From NCBI GenBank assembly GCA_039932055.1, contig JBDTQT010000002.1, forward strand, positions 1 to 45,356: a stretch of 45,356 nt of DNA, written 5' to 3'. Shown here in pieces: positions 39,301 to 43,991 of the stretch; position 1 is the first letter of the stretch; each line of letters opens with the position of its first letter. Source of the DNA: Thermoanaerobaculia bacterium (GTDB lineage: Bacteria; Acidobacteriota; Thermoanaerobaculia; Multivoradales; JAGPDF01). The notes under the pieces were generated by a model. It searched no databases, was not told the DNA's origin, and worked only from the letters and a program-made list of their open reading frames with translations. The position numbers and the translations under genes are program-made.

Positions 39301-42300
39301 CCGGCACGATCGCCTGGGGCGACGGCCAGACGACCGCCGCCACCCTCACGCCGGCCAACGGCATCGCGGGGACCGTCGGCGGCAACCACGTCTATGCGCA
39401 GGACGGCGTCTACCCCGTCGAGATCTGCGTCCGTGACGCGACGGCGCGCGTTGGTTGCCGCTCCGCCCTCGCCACCGTCGCGAACCTCGCGCCCGGTGTC
39501 ATCGAACCGGGCGCCGTGGACCTTCACTCCTGGATCGAAGAGGAGTACGAGACGGCGGACGTCTCGGCGTTGTGGACCGTCGCCGCCGACGGCCTGAGCG
39601 TCTACCAGTCGATCAACAGCCAGCCGTCGGTCTTCTTCAGTCCGCTGCCGGCGGTCGGCTCGTTCCTCGAGGGAACGATTCGCGTCGAGCCGGCCGGGAA
39701 CTGGGACAACGACTACATCGGCTTCGTGCTCGGCTTCCAGGCCGGCGATACGCTCAACCCGGACTCCGACTTTCTCGTGGTCGACTGGAAACAAGGCAAT
39801 CAGTCCCCGGCGCGCGGCGGGCTGGCTGTCTCCCGCGTCCTCGGGGCGATTGGCGAGGAGTTCTGGGCCCACACCGACTCACCCAACAACGGCGCCGGCA
39901 CCGGCGTCTTCGAGCTCGCCCGCGCCGTGACGCTCGGCAGCACCGGCTGGGCCGACAATCGCGAGTACCGCTTCCGCTTCGAGATTGCCCCCGACCGGCT
40001 CAGGATCTGGGTGGACGGCGTGCAGCAGTTCGACCTGGCGATTGCCGTGCCGACGGGCAAGTTCGGCTTCTACAACTACTCGCAGGAGGCGGTGCGCTAC
40101 CGAGGCTTCAGCACCGGCCTGCAGCAGCGCTTCGAGGGCGAGACCTTCGACCTTTCAGCGCCGTTCACCGACGCCGGCGTGCTCGACCTGCACACCGCTA
40201 CCGTCGCTTGGGACGACGGCGCGAGCTCCGAGGCCGACGCCGCCACCGAAGAGGGGTTCGGCATCGTCACGGCGAGCCACACCTATGCCGACGACGGTGA
40301 TTTCTCGATTCAGGCCTGTGTCGAGGACGACGCCGGCGCTCGCGACTGTGGCAGTTTCCCGCTCCTCGTCCTCAACCTGCCGCCGGCGATCACTCCGGCG
40401 GCCGACGCTTCCGGCGTCGCCGACTCGAGCGCGCGCTTCGCCCTCGCCACCTTCACCGATCCGGGCACGCTCGACAGCCACCAGGCGACGGTCGACTGGG
40501 GAGACGGCACCGTCGAGGAGGCCGAGGTGGAGGAGGACGGCGGCGCCGGCACGGTCGCGGCGACGCATGCCTACGATCTCTCCGGCAGTTACCCGGTAGC
40601 GGTCTGCGTCACCGACGACGACGGCGCGACGGCCTGCACCGACCTGGTTCTCACGATCGGCGGCTCGCCGCCGCAGCTCCGCGCCGAGAAGTCCGCAACG
40701 GTCTTCGACCGTGACGGTGATGGCCGGGCAACCCCCGGTGACGACATCGTCTATCGCATCGAGGTCTTCAACGACGCCCTCGAGCCCGCCACGTCGGTGC
40801 GGGTGATCGACCCGGTGCCGGCCCACACCACGCTGGTCCCCGGTTCGATCTTCCCCGAGCTCGGAGTGGTCTCGATCGACCCGGTGACGGTCGATCTCGA
40901 TCCGATCGACGGCACCAGCTCGGTCGTCGTCCAGTTCGCGGTGACCATCGCCTCGCCTCTGCCGGCCGGCGTGACGGCGATCGTCAACTCCGGCATCGTG
41001 CAGTCGGCGGAGGCGCCGCCGGCGCCGACCGACGACCCGGCGCTGCCCGGCATGTCCGATCCGACCCGCACGCCGGTCTTCGTTTCGCCGGACCTCACCG
41101 CCACCAAACGGGCGACGCCAATCGATCTCGACGGTGACGGCGTGGCCTCCCCCGGCGACCAGATCACCTGGACGATCGAAGTGCACGCCGCGGGCGACAG
41201 TCCCGCCGGTGGCGTCCTGGTGCGGGACGCGATCGGGCCGCATCTCGCCCTGGTTCCGGGCTCGCTCGCCGCGCCGGGCGCGCACGTACTCTCGATTTCA
41301 CCGCTGGCGCTGGTCTACGACGAGATTGCGGTCGGCGGCGCGGTCGAGATCACCTTCCGGACGACGATCGATCCGGCTCTGCCGGCGGAGGTGGAGGCGG
41401 TCGCCAACCAGGCGACGGTGCTTGCGACCGACGTCGATGCGTTTCTCTCGGACGACCCGGACACGCCCGTCGCCGCCGATCCGACCGTGGTACCGGTCTA
41501 CGTCGATCCGACGCTGACGGTCTCCGGCCTCTCGCTGGCGGAAGGCAACGCCGGACTGACGCCGGTCGTCTTCCCCGTAACCCTCGACCGCCCGGCGCGT
41601 CTCGCGACGACGGTCGATTGGACGGTCGAAGGGATTACCGGCACGGCCGGCGAGGACTTCGTCGCCGCGTCGGGCACCCTGACGATTCCGGTCGGCAGCT
41701 CCACCGGCGAAATCGTCATCCAGGCGATCGGTGACCTTCTGGTCGAGAACGACGAGCTCTTGCGGCTCGTCCTCTCCGCCCCGGCGCACGCCGAGCTCGC
41801 CGTGACGGAGGTCTTCGCGACTCTGATCAACGACGACTTTGCGACCCTTGCCATCTCGGACGCGACGGTCGAGGAGGGTGCCGTAGCGATCTTCACCGTG
41901 CAACTCTCCGCGCCGAGTTCCCTCCCGGTCAGCGTCGAGTACGCCACCGCCGACGGCGCTGCAGTTGCTGGCGCGGACTTCACCGCGTCGAGCGGCACCC
42001 TGGTCTTCGCACCGTTCGAAACGGTGCGGTCCGTCACCGTAGCTACGCTCGAGGATTCTGTCGCGGAGCCGACCGAGACATTCAGCGTGCTGCTCAGCAA
42101 CGTCAGCGGTGCCGGGCTGGCAGACGCCAGCGGCAGCGGTACGATCATCGACAACGATTCGGTGAATCTCTCTATCGCGGACGCAGAGGTCGTCGAAGGG
42201 GACAGCGGCGACGTCGAGCTGGCACTGCCGATCCAGCTTTCGGCGCCCTCGTTCAGCGCTGTGGAAGTGGACGTCAGCGTGACCGCGGGAAGCGCCACCG

Positions 42301-43991
42301 AGGGCTCGGACTACTCCGCGGTCGGCGGCCACCTGACGATCCCGGTGGGAGAGACCGCTGCCTGGGTGGTGATCGTTGTTCACGGCGACCTGCTCGACGA
42401 GGCGGACGAGACGATCCAGGCCTCCCTGACGAACGTCGTCGGGGCGACTCTCGGCAGCGCCACGGCCACCGGCACGATTCTCGATGACGATGATGAGGCG
42501 ACGCCGGGCTGTCTCGGCCCGAATCTGCTGCAGAACGGCGGCGCCGAGGAGCGGCCCGACGGCTGCGAGGTGCCCGGTTGGACCGAAGTCGCGGGCGACT
42601 GGTGGGTACGGCGCGCTGAGCCCTCCTTCCTCCCGGCCGAAGGCGAGCGGTACTTCGTTGGACGGTCGGGAGAGAGCGACGACGATGGCCACGGGCATGG
42701 CGATCTCTGGCAGGCGACCGGTGGCTCAGGTGGCTCGGGTGGTAGCTGTGAAGGCGACGATAACGACGACGATGACCACGGCCAGGGCCACCCGCAGCTC
42801 GACTCGATGTCGGGCGATCACGGGGACGACGGCGAGGGCTGCCATGGGGGCGACGACCTCGCCGCCATGAATGGCGGCGGGCACGGTGACGACGACGAGG
42901 ACTGTGTCGCTGAGCTCGCGCAGACGGTGGACGTTTCTGCCTTCGCGGCCAGGATCTCCGCCGGCGCGCAGGCGTTCGTCTTCTCCGGCGCGGTCCGGAC
43001 CGAGCTGGACGACGGCTCGGCCCGGGTACGGGTGATCGTCGAGTACCTTCCGGCGAGCGGCTCGACGGTACTCGAAACCTTCGACACCGGCTGGATCTGG
43101 AGCGACGGTCTCTGGCTGGCGGTGGAAAACGAGCGCACGGCTCCCACCGGCACGCGGAAGATTCGTGTCCACCTCTACGTCGAGGGCGACGACGACCATG
43201 ACCACGGCGACCTGGGCGAGGCCCACGGCGGCGGCGATGATGACGACGATGATGGGGAGGGCGGCGGCTCCTTGGGTCTCTTCGATGCCCTGGAGCTCCG
43301 CCCGGTCGATACGACGGTCCTGTGGGCGCGCGACCTGTTCGAGTACGAAGGCCAGAGCGGGTTGCACGATGCCTGGGTGCCGCTCGATGTCTTCTGTCCG
43401 GCCGACTTCCCGATCGGCCTCACCTATCTCACGGCGAACGGCACGGCGCGTGCGCCGGGGGACTACTCGACGCGCAGCGGATCGATCACTCTGCCGCCGG
43501 CGTCGCTCGGGGCGACGGTCCCGGTGCCGATCAAGGGCGACACCGTCGACGAGCCGGACGAGGATTTCGAGCTGAAGTTCACCGGTCAGAGTCTCGGCGA
43601 CGCCGTCCTCTTCGACCGCGCGAGCACGATCACGATCCTCGACGACGACTACTGCCGCCGTTCGCCGGGGTACTGGAAGACGCACCGTTCGAGTTGGGCG
43701 GTCGACCATCTCCTCCTCGGAGCGACCGAATACGACGACCACGCGATGATGGACTTCCTCGACTACGGTGGCTCCGACGGATCGAAACGCCTCGGCCGGC
43801 ACCTCGTGGCGACGAAGCTCAACCTCGCGAAGGGATCGCACCCCTGGATCCAGTCGACGGTCACCGCCGCCGATCTCTTCCTGATCGCCCACCCTCCGGG
43901 CAGCGCCCCGTCGGGCGCGGCGCTCACCCAGGCGAACAGCCTCAAGGATCAGCTCGATTCCTACAACAACTCCGGATGTCAGGTGCCTTGA
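33384..43991 (+). CDS. giant secreted mosaic surface/adhesin-like protein of about 3,535 aa (DUF11/CARDB, FG-GAP propeller, PKD-like, TSP_C-like lectin, Calx-beta, jelly-roll)
   Basis: One uninterrupted GC3-rich frame. The track ORF opens at 32352, but 32352-33225 overlaps the well-supported cNMP/FHA gene in another frame. The first plausible starts are the ATG at 33384 (GGAAAG 8 nt upstream) or the ATG at 33411. These give the Sec signal MSFARKRSARVVLPRVAWVIVAVAVCGQGASHA-EA. Domain calls are from recognisable signatures, listed as separate sub-features. Confidence 0.9.
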   Translation: MNSDLSGAAMSFARKRSARVVLPRVAWVIVAVAVCGQGASHAEAPPLPSSRFGSVTVAGAPAAPGTIVTAYLAGSQIANGPVFDDGGGHYRLDVPGDRPETPEIEGPVAGQSFEIRVAGTSAGNSTWSAGAFTALDLAAAAGPDLAIAIDDGQATALPSQILNFSLSAQNPGATPASGVQIAVTLPPGATFLSASDGGLYASGEVRWPALSLAPATFVARSLAFRLPARFAAGIENVATTARIAHDGSRGGDPQPANDQATDLDLLLAAPDLVAAIDDGSPTTTPGGTVSQRLRIANTGSQDATNVTLAIDLPAEAVFYSASHGGILSAGTVSFPAVNLAAGASLSRAVTLRIPTGLPPTVTELAVVGRAADDGANGPDATPADNTAIDLDSVTHAPDLAVESVDATAAPVDPQTLAISGEIAVEFTNRGTIAADAFQIVVFEDLDGNRTFSRTTDRLVGEVAVGGATVGERSTVTLAVAGLLELRDDRIFAVLDADAAIPELDESNNVGDSGTACGTLGDLTQMSPEVELAWPPAGGPAYKPLSVDSVSTPIVVQLTDDNGDGRWDANDVPDIVFVSANLAPTFPPEPDIVLRAIRGDTGAAVWNVPGLFTVPPSFLSLCGLAAGDIDGDGKVEIVTSVVTPEGSGFLQAYEHNGAFKWRSNTYDTHPFASGTSNRDNPSIADLDGDGNVEIVVGAYVFDRAGHRLWAGTGGQAYQTQRNNQLVGGAISVVADVDLDGLQEIVTGNTLYRFDGSIIWQRPDPDGYPAVLNADDDPQAEIVVVAQGFIRLYDTDGTLIWGPLEMPGSDPESGGPPSVGDLDGDGVPEIVVAGSDILWALHLDGTPLWQASTRDYSSSQTGATLFDFEGDGTYEVVYRDERRLRIYRGSDGEVLFEHVLSSTTMVEMPVVADVDRDGNAEIVVTSDHAWDYPVPSGERTAGLLVFGDFSDNWVGARPIWNQHAYSIDNVTVDAGIPAHPAWGWLDHNSFRANAGPTLAERGGTDVTAGRLVIDSSALPLIRATVRIGNAGTTPIPAGLEVWLHEGDESWVNLRAVAATSTPLPPGAHLDLELSFDAGAGVTSPLIAIADALGRERECDEQNNRVEAAVDVTALGMWVTVTDGTSGASPGDHLTYVVTAHNAFAGTATGIAVADTLPAGLQFVAASGGGVESGGTVTWPVFSLASGAATARTVTVLVDPALPLAVSSLSNVAMVADDGANGPDPTPANNQATDIDQVVSVVADAGGPYSGDEGAEIQFDASASIDRDGGALLFAWDLDGDGAFDDGNAATASHIFADEGTFTIRLRVTDDEGEVDLDEATVTVANVAPQIVAPVEIAGTEGGHIDLSGFRVLDPGVLDYGPSTVDWGDGIVDSLWVDAGIPQGEHLYPQDGIFTVEVCADDGDGGRTCASAPARIANEPPIVQRGGDLGFAGWQREELGGGATSRWTTSADERAVTQELNGEPAFFVGDLPGYGTTELTLRVNANGDDDYVGFAVGFEAGDTTRGTAEYLLVDWKQGDQSGARRGLALSRVVGAPSAGEFWVHQDLAANGTANRVVELQRAAHLGTAGWARQTEYRLRIEASPTRLRLYVDGRLEIDYIGPVPNGVLALYDYSQAGAQFGGGVADSYLAGREGDLVRLRAAFSDAGILDTHTATIDWGDGDSAPGAISEEEGQGFVLGQHTYRDDGDGTVGVCVSDDGGDEHCVEIPVAIDNAAPVLALAVGSAGFVEEAVTLAGSTFTDAGIDDTHEVSVDWGDGASESLPVAGAAGSWSFDGAHFYATPGAYEVAVCVVDDDGGESCDTRSLNLVHRALDLRLAMSLLPVEARPGQNVVFTLRVENAGTLMATGVVLDDAVPTGLTYVSSTLGGVSGSSAVTWNLGSLAPGAVVSPTVTMQVPATAPIGGTATNTAVVGDDGTAGPDATPGDNSAMAAVLFSDALTPIVAISGASAGWTGAEGTLLVLSGVTWNDTTAGQTHTGTIAWGDGQTTAATLTPANGIAGTVGGNHVYAQDGVYPVEICVRDATARVGCRSALATVANLAPGVIEPGAVDLHSWIEEEYETADVSALWTVAADGLSVYQSINSQPSVFFSPLPAVGSFLEGTIRVEPAGNWDNDYIGFVLGFQAGDTLNPDSDFLVVDWKQGNQSPARGGLAVSRVLGAIGEEFWAHTDSPNNGAGTGVFELARAVTLGSTGWADNREYRFRFEIAPDRLRIWVDGVQQFDLAIAVPTGKFGFYNYSQEAVRYRGFSTGLQQRFEGETFDLSAPFTDAGVLDLHTATVAWDDGASSEADAATEEGFGIVTASHTYADDGDFSIQACVEDDAGARDCGSFPLLVLNLPPAITPAADASGVADSSARFALATFTDPGTLDSHQATVDWGDGTVEEAEVEEDGGAGTVAATHAYDLSGSYPVAVCVTDDDGATACTDLVLTIGGSPPQLRAEKSATVFDRDGDGRATPGDDIVYRIEVFNDALEPATSVRVIDPVPAHTTLVPGSIFPELGVVSIDPVTVDLDPIDGTSSVVVQFAVTIASPLPAGVTAIVNSGIVQSAEAPPAPTDDPALPGMSDPTRTPVFVSPDLTATKRATPIDLDGDGVASPGDQITWTIEVHAAGDSPAGGVLVRDAIGPHLALVPGSLAAPGAHVLSISPLALVYDEIAVGGAVEITFRTTIDPALPAEVEAVANQATVLATDVDAFLSDDPDTPVAADPTVVPVYVDPTLTVSGLSLAEGNAGLTPVVFPVTLDRPARLATTVDWTVEGITGTAGEDFVAASGTLTIPVGSSTGEIVIQAIGDLLVENDELLRLVLSAPAHAELAVTEVFATLINDDFATLAISDATVEEGAVAIFTVQLSAPSSLPVSVEYATADGAAVAGADFTASSGTLVFAPFETVRSVTVATLEDSVAEPTETFSVLLSNVSGAGLADASGSGTIIDNDSVNLSIADAEVVEGDSGDVELALPIQLSAPSFSAVEVDVSVTAGSATEGSDYSAVGGHLTIPVGETAAWVVIVVHGDLLDEADETIQASLTNVVGATLGSATATGTILDDDDEATPGCLGPNLLQNGGAEERPDGCEVPGWTEVAGDWWVRRAEPSFLPAEGERYFVGRSGESDDDGHGHGDLWQATGGSGGSGGSCEGDDNDDDDHGQGHPQLDSMSGDHGDDGEGCHGGDDLAAMNGGGHGDDDEDCVAELAQTVDVSAFAARISAGAQAFVFSGAVRTELDDGSARVRVIVEYLPASGSTVLETFDTGWIWSDGLWLAVENERTAPTGTRKIRVHLYVEGDDDHDHGDLGEAHGGGDDDDDDGEGGGSLGLFDALELRPVDTTVLWARDLFEYEGQSGLHDAWVPLDVFCPADFPIGLTYLTANGTARAPGDYSTRSGSITLPPASLGATVPVPIKGDTVDEPDEDFELKFTGQSLGDAVLFDRASTITILDDDYCRRSPGYWKTHRSSWAVDHLLLGATEYDDHAMMDFLDYGGSDGSKRLGRHLVATKLNLAKGSHPWIQSTVTAADLFLIAHPPGSAPSGAALTQANSLKDQLDSYNNSGCQVP
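35031..36290 (+). other. integrin-alpha-like FG-GAP/VCBS beta-propeller region within the giant protein
   Basis: Eight spaced Ca-loop-like blades are visible: DDNGDGRWDANDVPDIVFV, GDIDGDGKVEIV, ADLDGDGNVEIVV, ADVDLDGLQEIV, NADDDPQAEIVVV, GDLDGDGVPEIVV, FDFEGDGTYEVVY and ADVDRDGNAEIVV. Confidence 0.75.
37620..38260 (+). other. thrombospondin C-terminal (TSP_C)-like lectin module, copy 1
   Basis: The stretch LTLRVNANGDDDYVGFAVGFEAGD...YLLVDWKQGDQ...GLALSRVVG...FWVH...GWARQTEYRLRIEASPTRLRLYVDGRLEIDY...GVLALYDYSQAGAQFGG parallels the TSP-1 C-terminus: DDDYAGFVFGYQ..FYVVMWKQ..GLSVKVVNS..LWH..GWKDFTAYRWRLSHRP..IRVVMYEG..GGRLGLFVFSQE. Confidence 0.6.
39478..40125 (+). other. thrombospondin C-terminal (TSP_C)-like lectin module, copy 2
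   Basis: The stretch GTIRVEPAGNWDNDYIGFVLGFQAGD...FLVVDWKQGNQ...GLAVSRVLG...FWAH...GWADNREYRFRFEIAPDRLRIWVDGVQQFD...GKFGFYNYSQEAVRYRG is a paralogue of copy 1. Confidence 0.6.
41509..42500 (+). other. three tandem Calx-beta domains; a fourth lies at about 43312-43655
   Basis: Three repeats of the pattern L(T/A/S)(V/I)S(G/D)..V.EG...........L......V...........GA.G.DF.A.SGTL.F...E.....V......D...E..E.F...LS are present, each ending in I(I/L)(N/D)DD. Confidence 0.75.
42672..42905 (+). other. His/Asp/Gly(/Cys)-rich low-complexity insert 1 in the jelly-roll domain
   Basis: ESDDDGHGHGDLWQATGGSGGSGGSCEGDDNDDDDHGQGHPQLDSMSGDHGDDGEGCHGGDDLAAMNGGGHGDDDEDC, read directly from the frame. Confidence 0.8.
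43182..43271 (+). other. His/Asp/Gly-rich low-complexity insert 2 in the jelly-roll domain
   Basis: EGDDDHDHGDLGEAHGGGDDDDDDGEGGGS. It shares the DDD(G/H)(H/D)(G/H)HGDL core with insert 1. Confidence 0.8.

Noticed and set aside
42672-43271. GAC/GAT/GGC-rich repetitive DNA, considered as a possible CRISPR array, microsatellite or non-coding repeat
   Set aside because: It has no repeat-spacer periodicity. It lies in frame within the giant ORF and encodes the His/Asp/Gly inserts. It is treated as coding low complexity (see findings).
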